Assembly: GCA_951406725.2 (NCBI GenBank)
Contig: OX597829.1
Span: forward strand, 43,276,001 to 43,340,000
DNA from: Octopus vulgaris
Taxonomy: Eukaryota
Direction: 5' to 3'
DNA length: 64,000 nt
Below are positions 40,730-53,296 of this stretch, one piece after another; the first letter of the stretch is position 1, and every line of letters starts with the position of its first letter. The position numbers and the translations under genes are program-made. A model generated the notes under the pieces. The model was not told the DNA's origin and searched no databases. It was given only the letters and a program-made list of their open reading frames with translations.

Positions 40730-41990
40730 ATCACACAGTAATTTCCCTTTGTTGCATCGGTCATTTTCATAGCAAATTTTCTTTACTGTTCAACAGGTGT
40801 CGTCTGAGTGATACAATGCAACATTCAAAGGCCGTTTGGACTGACTTTATAACCTCAACCGTCATCGCTTTGTCTCACATAAATCCAATCCTATCGGTGT
40901 CGCTGTTAATGTGGAATTTGCCAGTGGTGGTCAGTGCCTTTCTGGCTTTGATACCCATGCTATGTATCTCGTCGAGTGTCCAGTCCAATATCGCAAATGT
41001 TGGTACAAGCACTGGCACTGCAAATATACGGGAAACTACCACCAATAAACATCTGTTGTGAAAGGTAGGAGAGTCCAGTTTGTTGGACATTGTTGTAGAG
41101 CTGAAAATGAGGTAATTCCTGGGGAAGAGGAACCCTGGTGTAGCTCTCCTTATGAGAGCTCAAAATCTCTCGTGGAAGCGCCATCCAACCAAAATGCAAA
41201 TATACGGGAAATTACCACCTGTGTCATCTCTTGTGAAAGGTAGGAGAGTCCAGTTTGTTGGACATTGTTGTAGAGCTGAAAACGAGGCAATTTCTACTCT
41301 TCTCTTCTGGAAGCCATCTACTCGCAATACCAGAGGGCGCACACTCTCCTACCCTGATGTAATCTCCAGGGATTACAGGCATCCAGCAACAGGACCTCCG
41401 TAATGCTATGCTGGACCGTGAAGTCTGGCGTTGCATGGTAAATTCCATTGTCTCGACCACGGTCGAACAATGATGATGATTATGGCACTGCAAAAGCATT
41501 GTGAGAAGTGGTGCTAGTTAAGCCCAAACAGCTCTGAGCTCCCTATTTTCTGGCGTCTACAGACATACTCTTTTGCTATTCTAGTTTTACTCACAACACC
41601 AATGAAATGCAACATTCTCATCAATTTCGGTGCACTTGTAGTTTTCACCATTAGAGATACGGGAGATAGACAATCCTTAAACCTACATGGTCTCTCTCTC
41701 TCTCTCTCTGGCTGATAATCGTTCCTCGGTTGACTATCATGTATGAACATTTATCTTGCCCAAACTCCATTTCTGTATCATGTGAGAATGCTGTGACTAG
41801 TTTTAATAGTCTCTTTATGTTGATCATATTACCAGAATTTATTAACTTTAGGTCATCAACAAAAAAATGTGTGGGCGACTTTAATTTTTATTCTTATCTA
41901 CATGAAGCGTTGGTATTTTGTTAACAGGGCTGGCAAAGGACTTTCCCGCTAGTACAAACAGCATTACCTGAAAGATGCCTGTTAATAGCT
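40730..41990 (-). mobile_element. Decayed R4/Dong-type LINE RT region, split by a younger LINE
   Basis: THFFVDDLKL..FSHDTEMEFGQDKC (41730-41880) and FAVPVLVPTFAILDWTLDEI..KARKALT..HINSDTDR (40890-41025). Confidence 0.75.
41018..41482 (+). mobile_element. RTE-like LINE 3' fragment with (GAT)n tail and internal duplication
   Basis: LMRAQNLSWKRHPTKMQIYGKLPPVSSLVKGRRVQFVGHCCR..LLFWKP; about 95 bp duplicated at 41020 and 41195. Confidence 0.75.
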
Positions 41991-42309
41991 TAATCCTGTT
42001 TGTAACAATAGTCGTTGCTTAAGTATTTGTCAATGATAATTGTGTGGGCCGTGTTGTGGTCAGTCTTTCGATGGCATTCCCTATAGCAGCTGGTACTTTG
42101 GCAAGGTGACGTAATTCTATCATTCATGAGTGAGGCACTGAGACGAACGCCTTCTTGTAGTCTAGTCATATCGTTAAGAGATTACGGCGATGTGGAGGAG
42201 GAACGGTTCCACACGGTCCCAGATTCCGTTCTTCCCGTCTACTTGTTCATCAGTTATAACACCATTTGTTTGTCGGTGTTCTTGGAGAAACCTATTCAGA
42301 CAACCTTTT

Positions 42310-42726
42310 TTTTTCTTTTATTCTTTTACGCGTTTCAGTCATTTGACTGCGGCCATGTTGGAGCATCGCCTTTTTAGTCGTGCAAATCGACCCCAGAACT
42401 TATTCTTTGTAATCTAGTACTTATTCTATCGGTCTCTTTTGCCGAACCGCTAAGTTACGGGGACGTAAACACACCAGCATCGGTTGTCAAGCGATGTTGG
42501 GGGGACAAACACACACACACAAACATATACACACACATATACACACATATATACATATATACGACGGGCTTCTTTCAGTTTCCGTCTACCAAATCCACTC
42601 ACAAGGCTTTGGTTGGCCCGAGGCTACAGTAGAAGACACTTGCCCAAGGTGCCACGTAGTGGGACTGAACCCGGGACCATGTGGTTCGTAAGCAAGCTAC
42701 TTACCACTCAGCCACTCCTACGCCTA
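42310..42726 (-). mobile_element. SINE family B, full length
   Basis: Reverse complement of both modules. Confidence 0.9.
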
Positions 42727-42944
42727 TGTACAATTTCTACATAACATTCAAGCATGCTATGGGCCTAAATTTTCTTTGTTTTGTTTTTGCCACATGGATC
42801 TCTTTGTTATTGGGGATAAAAATAGTCCGTGCAATCGTCAGCCAATATGGTATAGCTAGCTCAACGTCCATTGTTTTTTTTTTTTAAAGGGTCATGAGGA
42901 TTTTCCTGTAGATCGTGAGCTTATTGAACCAGTAGTAGCCTACT

Positions 42945-43160
42945 ATACTCTTTACTCTTTTTTTACTCTTTTACTTGTTTCAGTCATTTGACTGCGGCCA
43001 TGCTGGAGCACCGCCTTTAATCGAGCAACTTTGTAAGCCCAGTACTTATTCTATCGGTCTCTTTCTGCCGATCCGCTAAGTGACGGGGACATAAACACAC
43101 CAGCATCGGTTGTCAAGCAATGCTAGGGGGACAAACACAGACACACAAACACACACACAT
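42945..43160 (-). mobile_element. SINE family B 3' module
   Basis: TTTTACTTGTTTCAGTCATTTGACTGCGGCCATGCTGGAGCACCGCC. Confidence 0.8.
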
Positions 43161-43847
43161 ACATATATACTATGTATATATATATACTATGTATACTATG
43201 TATATATTTATGTATATACTATATACTATGTATATATTTATGTATGTATGTATGTATTTAATACAAATATGTGTTCTGCTCATTTTCTAATGAATACTGT
43301 GATCAGAATAACTCTATAACAGCGGCTCGTAAACAAGGAAAGGAAATGAATAAAAAAAAGTGATATGTGTGACATATAAATGAAAAATAAAAAAATAAAC
43401 AAAAATCTGAAATTTAAAAAAAAATTATAAATAAATTTATTGCAAAATAAAGAAAAGTAATTAAATTGCTATAAAAAAAATAACTTTAAAAGAGAATAAA
43501 ATTGGAATTGAATCTATTAAAATAAGGAAAGCTGATAGATTTTTTTATTTCTCGCCAACGTATTTTGTATTAATACGAATTAAGCATTTGGGAGCATAGT
43601 CCGGATTGAATTGGATTAAATGTAAGCGCAAAACTAATTTTGCCGAATTTTTCTTGATTCTCGCTAAGTATCAAAAATGTAAAAACTGAAGATGAAGATC
43701 TGTAAAATATTAAAGAGAAAAATGTGAGATCATGAAGACAAGAAATAACAGTGTTTAAGAGAACTGTGTGGCAATATGGAAGCAAAAAAAGAAAAAAAGA
43801 AAGGAAAGTGAAAATGGTAATGAGTAAGGAAAATAAAAATAAATGTG

Positions 43848-44094
43848 CCCTTTTAAATCCTATCCAGGCTCATGGGCCCGGTTTCTCGGTTTCTATGGCG
43901 TATGTATTCCCCCCAGCTGGACGGGACGCCAGTCCATCGCAGCGTTACTCATTTTTGCCAGCTGAGTGGACTGGAGCAACGTAAAATGAAGTGTTTTTCC
44001 TCAAGAACACGACGCGTCGCCCGGTCCAGGAATCGAAGCCATAATCTTACGATCATTGATGCTGACACGCTAACCACTAAGCCACGCGCCTCCA
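43848..44094 (-). mobile_element. SINE family D
   Basis: Matches 4475-4717. Confidence 0.85.
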
Positions 44095-44269
44095 CAACGA
44101 GTAAGGAAAGCAAAGTGTATATAAGAAAGTTTAGAACAAGCAGAAAAAAACAGCAGGGACGAGAGAGGGTATTGCCAAACTGATCATTATCTGCATACTC
44201 AGATAAGCACGTGTATATGCCCAAGACTAAGACAGGGCGCCTGACACCTATAATGTCGTCAGGCGCTTA

Positions 44270-44930
44270 CAGCACTCTACCAGTCGAGCAATGGGTTCGG
44301 TAATGTTCCGAGGGGCGATACCGGTTCCAGATATACTCTACAAGCACAGATGTTCTGTCAGGCGAGCACGTCCGAGGTGCGCGCAAAGTGACAAAACCGG
44401 TCGGTGTCGGACATTGCTTGCTTGTGGAGTTATGTCGAACAGCTGCTATGACGTCTGGTACGGATCCGTCTATCGGCCGAATCCGTAGTGATAATCGCCC
44501 CGCCGCCCTACTTTCATCGAGCAGGCAAGGCAGTTTTTCTTTGCCTGGTGGCTGTGGCGGAAAAGGTTGTTTGGTGGACAAGGCTGAAAAGCATGAGGAC
44601 AGAGACATTGCCCTTTTGGTAGGGCTCTCATAGACTTCTTCAAGTTTCACTTGAAAAGGAATTTAAGGCTGGAGAGGGAAGTGCTGCCCTCGAGGGAGTT
44701 TATTGAAAGGTGGGTGAAAGTTGCGATGGTATTTCTCTAAGTGTAGACATGTGCGTAGGAGAGAAGGTATTGGAGAGGGAACTTGCTCTTGGTGTTCAGG
44801 GAGGTCTTGGACAGTGAGGTCTCTCATTTTTCCGTAGAGGTCATCCTATATCAGGTCGACTACATCTCTATCAGCCCCACCCCTTTATGTTAACCATTGT
44901 ATACTGTGTATACTTCCCTTCCTTTTCCCT
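44270..44930 (+). mobile_element. L1/Tx1-type LINE ORF2 C-terminal fragment (zf-RVT-like) and 3' UTR
   Basis: FRGAIPVPDILYKH..RPRCAQSDKT, later LVAVAEKV/VWWTRLK..FFKFHLKR..EFIERWVKVA with frameshifts. Confidence 0.6.
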
Positions 44931-45142
44931 GTATATCGTGTTCTGAGTACAAATTTCCGTCGAGATCGACTTTGCCATTCATCCTTTCGGGATCGATAAA
45001 ATAAGTACCAGATGAGTCGCAGGAAGCTGAATGAAACGGATGTGAATAATAATATATGTAACTACTACTGTGTTGAACACCCCTTTCTTTCGTTTGTCCA
45101 CTCACTACGTATATATAAATAAATATATATATATATGTGTGT

Positions 45143-45439
45143 GTGGCCTAGTGGTTAGGGCAGCGGACTCGCGGTCGTAGGATCGCGGTTTCGATTCCCA
45201 GACCGGGCGTTGTGAGTGTTTATTGAGCGAAAACACCTAAAGCTCCACGATGCTCCGGCAGGGGGTGGTGGCAATCCCTGCTGTACTCTTCCGCCACAAC
45301 TTTCTCTCACTCTTTCTTCTGTTGGCCTGCTCACTTAGTCAGCGGGGTGGCGTCATTTGAAGGCTAAAACAATGCGAAGCGCATTGTGACCAGCGATGTG
45401 TAACAGCATCTGATAGCCTGGTCGGTCACGGTGATCACG

Positions 45440-45444
<5 letters not shown>
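45143..45444 (+). mobile_element. SINE family C
   Basis: A box TGGCCTAGTGG, B box GGTTTCGATTCCC, tail ..GGTCGGTCACGGTGATCACGGTGA(TA)n. Confidence 0.9.
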
Positions 45445-45516
<72 letters not shown>

Positions 45517-45523
45517 GTGCGTA

Positions 45524-46378
45524 CAGGGGTTGGACAAAATAATGGAAACGCCTAACATCATAGCATCATAATATTGGAATATCTATGAAATCGTCAAAAG
45601 CTTGTTTATTTTTATGTGTTTTTAATTTATTATTAGTGTTGCTTAATATGTTTTGCTAAAAATTGTTGTTTCTTATCGGAAATCATCAGGAAAAGGTAAT
45701 TAAAATTCATCATTAAAATGACAGATCTATCGGACTTTCAAAGATGTCAAATTGTCGGTGCTCGTATGACAGGCGCTAGCGTAACGAAACCAGCCGAAAA
45801 GTCTGGTGTATTAAGAAGTACTGTCTCGAGACTAATGACAGCCTTTGAGAAAGAAGGAAAAACCTCCTCGACGAAACAAAATTCCGGAGGAAAAACCAAA
45901 ACTTTCAAATAAGGAATTGCAAGAAAGGCTCACAAAAGTACAGCTCCCAAAATTACTACAGAGTTCAATGAGCACCTCGGGAACCCAATTTCCACAAAAA
46001 ACTGTTTGCCGGGAGCAATCTTTCAGGATGATAAGGCACGAATTCACTCAGCTAAAGTTCTTACTGAATGGTATGAGGAACATTCTAGTGAAGTTGAACA
46101 TCTTATCTGGCCATCACAGTCCCCAGATCTCAATATTATTGAACATTTATGGTGCATTTTAGAAAAAAACAAGTAGGGAGTCGATATCTTCCACTATCAT
46201 AACTACAAGAACTGGAGACTGTTTTAGCTGAAGAATGGACGGAAATTCCTTTGGGAAAAATTAAAACTTTGCAGAGTCCATGCCTCGTAAAATTCAAGTT
46301 GTAATTACTGCTAAAGGCTGTCCTACCACATATTAAAATAAATTTGTTTGAAATTTTAAGGTGTTTCCATTATTTTGT
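45524..46378 (+). mobile_element. Tc1-like DNA transposon, internally deleted
   Basis: TIR CAGGGGTTGGACAAAATAATGGAAAC / GTTTCCATTATTTTGT; MTDLSDFQRCQIVGARM HTH; FQDDKARIH..WPSQSPDLNIIEHLW (DD34E end). Confidence 0.9.
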
Positions 46379-46394
46379 ATATATGCATACATAC

Positions 46395-46575
<181 letters not shown>

Positions 46576-46686
46576 TATGAGACAAGTTATGAATATTACT
46601 CATTACATATTTTACCTTTTTTAGTGCACATTTGGCTTACAGCTGTTTCCAGTAGTCATTATAGGTACTTTAGTGATAGGTTTACT

Positions 46687-46800
46687 GATGTCTGGGATCT
46701 GGCAGTATTAGAAGATTATAATCCACTGACGACGTTTAATAAAACCGAAACATGTTCATGGTTGCCATTTACATAACAGACATCGCATTAAATGCCCTTA
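46687..46800 (+). repeat. ~115-bp segment with hammerhead-like core, directly repeated at 48350-48463
   Basis: CCA CTGACGA CGTTTAATAAAACC GAAA CATG TT; both copies near-identical; stem I pairing weak. Confidence 0.65.
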
Positions 46801-47427
46801 GTTTCTGTTCAGTCCAGAAAAATGTTATATATAAAGCAGAAAATAGGAGGTGTGGTATATACTGGATACCGGAGTGTATTCTGGAACGTACCACTGAGCC
46901 CGATGCCTTTTCAATACAATTATTCATTGATTATTAAATATCTTGTAAAACACGGGAAAGGAAGGCACCATACATAACCGAAGTTCATTAAGTCCCTTTC
47001 CAGTTATAACTATTCAAATTCTATAGATCCACTTCTCCTGGATTCCACATTTTATTCTTCAGATATCTGATAATATCCACAATAATTTGGCAAGTAAAGG
47101 CATTTACAGCTTTACTAAATGAGAGAAATTCTTCAACACACCAATAAACAATTTGGATGAACAAATTTCATTAATTAATTAATTAATTCATTCATTCATT
47201 CATTCATCAGAGCATATCTCTCTCCAATTAGAGCGACGCTTCTATCGATTCTGACTACGGCTAGCTTATTTGGTGCTGGTCGTTGTTCCAAAGATTTGTC
47301 CTACAATTACGCTTTCAGGCATTTAGGTGGGAGTTTACTTAAAACGCAGAAATCTGCGAGAAATACTGCAAGGTGTGTCGGTTCCTATATTTTTGCAATT
47401 CTTCCATTCCTCTGCCTTGGATTGGCT

Positions 47428-47469
<42 letters not shown>

Positions 47470-47472
47470 TTA

Positions 47473-47698
47473 CTTTATTTAAAGCAGCAGAAAATTCAAC
47501 AAAACCTGTTACTCTGAGTTTCACGTTCCCGTTCGTCGGACAGTTTTTGCTAGAAAAACTGTCCGACGAACGGGAACGTGAAACTCAGAGTAACAGGTTT
47601 TGTTGAATTTTCTGCTGCTTTAAATAAAGCATATTACTCTACCACTGGTATTTGAGTACTCTTTTTTCCACCTTGTTTCACATTTATGTGTTTACTCC

Positions 47699-47700
<2 letters not shown>
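47473..47700. mobile_element. Fold-back hammerhead element inside (TA)n
   Basis: Perfect ~76-bp arms 47473-47629; CTGT CCGACGA ACG GGAA CGT GAAA CTC A GAG TA ACAG at 47559-47596. Confidence 0.85.
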
Positions 47701-47785
<85 letters not shown>

Positions 47786-49109
47786 CTTAGTTTTTAGATC
47801 GAACATGAAAGAAGGTAAAAAAAAATACCTTAGCAAGATTCGGTCTCAGAATGCAGTTAACCAGAGCATTCATCGCAGTGGAATCCATTTAATATACATA
47901 TAGTTCCACTATTCCAACACCCTGGATTTGTACATTTTTATATTAACACCGATAGGATAAATGGCGAAATTGACATCAGCGGAATTACATCTCAGAGCAG
48001 AGAGTCCGTACAAGAACAAACACGGCAAGTATTCCTGCGTTCTAACAACTCTGACAACATGTCTTATTAAATCCATAAAGAGAAGTTACTGCGACATTCT
48101 TCTACGTTACGATTTCGTTGTAAGCCATACAGTGATCATAGATATCAACCATATTAAGGATCGTGACTGCCAACATTAAACTTCCATTAATTTACAAAAT
48201 TACATGTTCCTTAGATAGAATTATAATAGGAAGATTTTACTGGCGTCGTTAGAATGATAGCCTAACCATTAAGAAAATTCTAAAATGTAGCTTATAATTG
48301 TTTATATAAATATTTGCATCGTCAACCAAGACAAAAGCTCGTATATTCCAGATGTCTGGGATCTGGCAGTGTTAGAAGATTACAATCCACTGACGACGTT
48401 TAATAAAACCGAAACGTGTTCAAGGTTGCCATTTACATAACAGACATCGCATTAAATGCCCTTACTCGCAGTCAATAAGTTTCAGATCAAAACTCAATTA
48501 ATTTTAAATCATTCAAATTTCATAAATGCCTCATTTGCTCCTCTCTAAGCTAGTATTAATTATTAAGCTAATGAAGTGGCTATTTATTACAGATATAAAT
48601 TATTTCAATTAGAGATTTTCGGTTTTCGGATCGCTACATTAAGTATGCTAACACCTACTTAGCTAGTTTTCATTACTGCAGAAAGTAAATCTGATGAGGT
48701 AACCTCTCACCATCACCAGAAGTCCGTTATCATACCGTCTCGATGGTGAATAAATATTTTAGATTTTTATAATCTCGTTCATAAATAAGTGTGTGCGTGT
48801 GCATGTGTGTGCGTGTGTGCACGTGTGTATACACACATACATATCTGCCAACTAACTGGCGTTGGCAAATAACAATGGATTAAATTAAAACTTTGTCCTG
48901 AAGATCTGATGATTCCAGGGTGATTACGCAATGTCCTTTGTAACGACGACTGCCCAAACATACTTGTATACACTAATGAAACACGTGTCAGGATTATGGA
49001 ATTGATGCAGTTTAACTAAATTAAGTGTTTTTAGTCTCTTCTCTGTCTTCGTCTGCCTAATCGTCTATCAGAAAATTCTGTCTGTTTCTGTCTCTGTCTC
49101 CTTATGTGT

Positions 49110-49245
49110 GCATATGTGCGCGTGGGTACAGACATATGCATACATAGGGAGAGAGAGAGAGAGCGAGAGAGAGAGAGTGAGAGAGCGAGAGAGAGAGAAA
49201 GAGAGAGAGACATATGTGCGCGTGGGTACAGACATATGCAAACAT

Positions 49246-49314
<69 letters not shown>

Positions 49315-49349
49315 CATATGGGCACGTGGGTACAGACATATGCATACAT

Positions 49350-49403
<54 letters not shown>

Positions 49404-49436
49404 GGGCACGTGGGTACAGACATATGCATACATAGG

Positions 49437-49480
<44 letters not shown>

Positions 49481-49500
49481 TGCGCGTGGGTACAGACATG
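49110..49500. repeat. Minisatellite: constant ~38-bp core separated by variable (GA)n
   Basis: CATATG(T/G)GC(G/A)CGTGGGTACAGACATATGCATACATAGG x5. Confidence 0.9.
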
Positions 49501-49654
49501 TGCTTATATTATTATATACACATACAGGTACAACATTCATCTATATACATGCCTGTGTGTGTATGCGTGTACATACACACGACGTTAATATTGAACACAC
49601 GTGGACGCATGCTTTATATACACATTTCTGTTACTGAGTTGCTATGTGATTTAG

Positions 49655-49950
49655 TGAGTTAGTGGTTAGGCTTTTCGTCCCGCGATCGGAAGGTCATGAT
49701 TTCCTTGAGCAGGACACTTTATTTCACTTTTACTCCAGTCCACTTTAGCTGGCAAAAATGAGTTGTACCTATAATCTAAATGACCAGCCTTGTCACATTC
49801 AGCGTCATGTTGGATCTCCCTGAGAGACTACGTTAAGGGTTACACGTGTCTGTGGAGCGCTCAGCCACTTGCACGTTAATTTCTCACAAGCAGGCTCTTT
49901 CGTTGAGCGGATCAACTGGAACCCATGTCGTAGTAACCGACCGAGTGCTC
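49655..49950 (+). mobile_element. Diverged SINE with family D head and a different 3' module
   Basis: CCTTGAGCAGGACACTTTATTTCAC..CTCCAGTCCAC..AGCTGGCAAAAATGAGT shared with family D. Confidence 0.6.
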
Positions 49951-50205
49951 ATTAAGTTAAATTCATAATTATATTACATTCACTGCCTCAATGACACTCA
50001 TTCGGATCATTCTGTGCTCTAAATGTGTAGCTCTTCCTTTCGCATTATTCGTAAGTTAATTCGGATCATTCTGTGCTCTAAATACGCAACTCTTCCTTTC
50101 GCATTATTCGTAAGTTAATCTCACGTTCACACGTCCAGCATCAATGGTGAAAAATGCTAAATCATAACTTCTGTGTGTTCCCCTTCAACGGCATGCTGAG
50201 ACTAA

Positions 50206-51233
50206 GGCGGCGAGCTGGCAGAAACGTTAGCACGCCGGCCGAAATGCTTAGCGGCATTTCGTCTGCTTGTTACGTTCTGAGTTCAAATTCCGCCGAGGTC
50301 GACTTTGCCTTTCATCCTTTCGGGTTCGATAAATTAAGTACCAGTTACGTACTGGGGTCGATGTAATCGACTTAATACCTATGTGTGTCCTTGTTTGTCC
50401 CTTCTATGTTTAGCCCCTTGTGGGTAGTAAAGAAATAGGTATTTTGTCTGCCGCTACGTTCTGAGTTCAAATTCCGCCGAGGTCGACTTTGCCTTTCATC
50501 CTTTCGAGGTCGATTAAATAAGTACCAGTTACGCACTGGGGTCGATGTAATCGACTTTGTCTGTCCTTGTTTGTTCCTTCTATGTTTAGCCCCTTGTGGG
50601 TAGTAAAGAAATAGGTATTTTGTCTGCCGCTACGTTCTGAGTTCAAATTCCGCCGAGGTCAACTTTGCCTTTCATCCTTTCGGGGTCGATAAATTAAGTA
50701 CCAGTTACGCACTGGGGTCGATATAATCGACTTAATCCTTTTGTCTGTCCTTGTTTGTCCCCTCTGTGTTTAGCCCCTTGTGGGCAATAAAGAAATAAGA
50801 AACGTTAGCACGCCGGGCGAAATGTCAAGCGGCATTTCGTCTGCTGTTACGTTCTGAGTTCAAATTCCGCCGAGGTCGACTTTGCCTTTTCATCCTTTCG
50901 GGGTCGATAAATTAAGTACCAGTTACGCACTGGGGTCGATATAATCGACTTAATCCGTTTGTCTGTCCTTGTTTGTCCCCTCTGTGTTTAGCCCCTTGTG
51001 GGCAATAAAGAAATAAGAAACGTTAGCACGCCGGGCGAAATGTCAAGCGGCATTTCGTCTGCTGTTACGTTCTGAGTTCAAATTCCGCCGAGGTCGACTT
51101 TGCTTTTCATTCTTTCGAGGTCGATTAAATAAGTACCAGTTACGCACTGGGGTCGATGTAATCGACTAAATCCCTTTGTCTGTCCTTGTTTGTCTTCTCT
51201 GTTTTTAACCCCTTGTGGGTAGTAAAGAAATAG
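50206..51233 (+). mobile_element. SINE family A array (5 units, two junction types)
   Basis: Junctions AAATAG|GTATTT at 50438 and 50614, AAATAAG|AAACGTT at 50799 and 51017. Confidence 0.9.
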
Positions 51234-51582
51234 GCATGCTGAGACTAATTTAACTTCTACTTATACCTCGCTACTCTATTAAATCAGTGAGTTTTCAAAT
51301 TACGTTCAGTAATCAACTTATTTTCTAGAAAACACCTTGATTTTCCATTGCTATGTATAAAATGCTCCGTTATTGATTTTTCAAACTGACGCGTGCTTTT
51401 GTGCAATAACCTACAACCACTTAAGTAATCTGGAAATATTAATCCCTCCCCCCCCCCTTTACCTCGCCAGCCATGTGATCCAGCAGACTACTTACGTACA
51501 GTTCTTCTTCCCAAGAAAGTCAACTAGAAGTGACAACGAATATACAGGAAAACTAAACTTACAATCCAGCTTTTGACAGTAT

Positions 51583-51628
<46 letters not shown>

Positions 51629-51635
51629 CATATGC

Positions 51636-51666
<31 letters not shown>

Positions 51667-51734
51667 CATATATACATATATATATACATATATATATATA
51701 TACTTATATATATATATATATATATACATACGGA

Positions 51735-51930
51735 GTCTGGATAGATTCCTTCAAGGAATACCAGATAAGCCACCCATAATTGGATACAACTCACCCAACA
51801 AGAACTCACTACTTGAACAAAACTTGACTTAAACAAAACTTGACTTAAACAGGATTCAAATAATCCTATCAGGTGGTGCTATTAAGTTAGACATGGCCTG
51901 GACCAATCTTTGGTCGAAACATCTAAGTAT
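51735..51930 (+). mobile_element. Short Penelope-like fragment within (TA)n
   Basis: [13 protein letters not shown] resembles the PLE RT-endonuclease linker; hairpin GACCA ATCTT TGGTC followed by GAAAC. Confidence 0.4.
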
Positions 51931-51969
51931 TATATATATATTTACATATATACATATATATATATTTAC

Positions 51970-52123
51970 AACAGGCATCTTTTAGTTTCCGTCTACAAGG
52001 CTTTGGTCGGCCTGTGGCTATAGTAGAAGACACTTGCCTAAGGTACCATGCAATGGGAACTGAAACCGGAACCATGTGGCTTGTTGGTTGGTAAGCAGGC
52101 TACTTATAACACAGGCATTGCTG

Positions 52124-52163
<40 letters not shown>

Positions 52164-52345
52164 CATACACATATATATGTAGGGCTTCTTTCAGTTCCAC
52201 CAATCAGATCAAGGTCACAAGGCTTTGGTCGGCCCCGAGGCTATAGTAGAAGACACTTGTCCAAGGTGCCTTGCAGCGGGACTGAACCCCGAATCATGTA
52301 GCTGGGAACCAAGCTTCTTACCTCACAGCCCCGTCTGCGCCTACA
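51970..52345 (-). mobile_element. Two SINE family B 5' halves
   Basis: GGCTATAGTAGAAGACACTTG..CAAGGT..GGGA(A)CTGAA twice. Confidence 0.75.
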
Positions 52346-52467
52346 TTTACGAATGTTGGGGCGGGGGTCTTAAATTTTGCGCCCCACAATCCAGATCTCC
52401 CTTACCCATTCATCTGCTATTCGATGATCTACCAATCTCCTTCGGTGTATGTGTTTACTGATTCTCA

Positions 52468-52468
52468 T

Positions 52469-52530
<62 letters not shown>

Positions 52531-52657
52531 TTCCTTTCTTCCTTTCTTTCTTTCTTTCTTTCTTTCTTCCTTTCTTCCTTTCTTCCTTTCTTTCTTTCTT
52601 TCTTTCTTCCTTCCTTCCTTTCTTTCTTCCTTTCTTTCTTTCTTTCTTTCTTTCTTC

Positions 52658-52690
<33 letters not shown>

Positions 52691-52732
52691 TCTTTCTCTC
52701 TTTCTTTCTTTCTTTCTTTCATTCTTTCTTTT

Positions 52733-52764
<32 letters not shown>

Positions 52765-52799
52765 TTTCTTTCTTTCTTCCTTTCTTTCTTTCTTCCTTC

Positions 52800-52854
<55 letters not shown>

Positions 52855-52937
52855 TCCTTCCTTCTTCTTTCTTTCTTTCTTTCTTTCTTCCTTTCTTTCT
52901 TTCCTTCCTTCCTTCTTTCTTTCTTTCTTCCTTTTTT

Positions 52938-52989
<52 letters not shown>

Positions 52990-52993
52990 TTTC

Positions 52994-53026
<33 letters not shown>

Positions 53027-53261
53027 TTCTTTCCTTCCCTCCTTCCTTTCTTTCTTTCTCTCTATCTTTCTTTCTTTCTTTCTTTTTTCCTTTCTTTCTT
53101 TCTTTTTTCCTTTCTTTCCTTCCTTTTTTCCTTTCTTTCTTTCCTTCTTTCTTTTTTCCTTTCTTTCCTTCTTTCTTTCATTCTTTCTTTCTTTCTTTCT
53201 TTCTTCCTTTTTTCTTTCTTTCTTTCCTTCCCTCCTTCCTTTCTTTCTTTCTTTCTCTCTA

Positions 53262-53290
<29 letters not shown>
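52468..53290. repeat. Long imperfect (TTTC)n polypyrimidine tract
   Basis: About 820 bp of almost pure C/T. Confidence 0.95.

Positions 53291-53296
<6 letters not shown>

Noticed and set aside
45143-45215. tRNA gene
   Set aside because: tRNA-like head continues into a SINE body and tail found in other copies
48690-48710. CTGATGAG hammerhead core or 17-nt microexon
   Set aside because: No downstream GAAA or stems; splice signals alone are insufficient
49110-49500. CRISPR-like repeat-spacer look
   Set aside because: Spacers are (GA)n, context is eukaryotic, no cas genes
50000-50119. 59-bp tandem duplication
   Set aside because: Simple two-copy local duplication with no further structure
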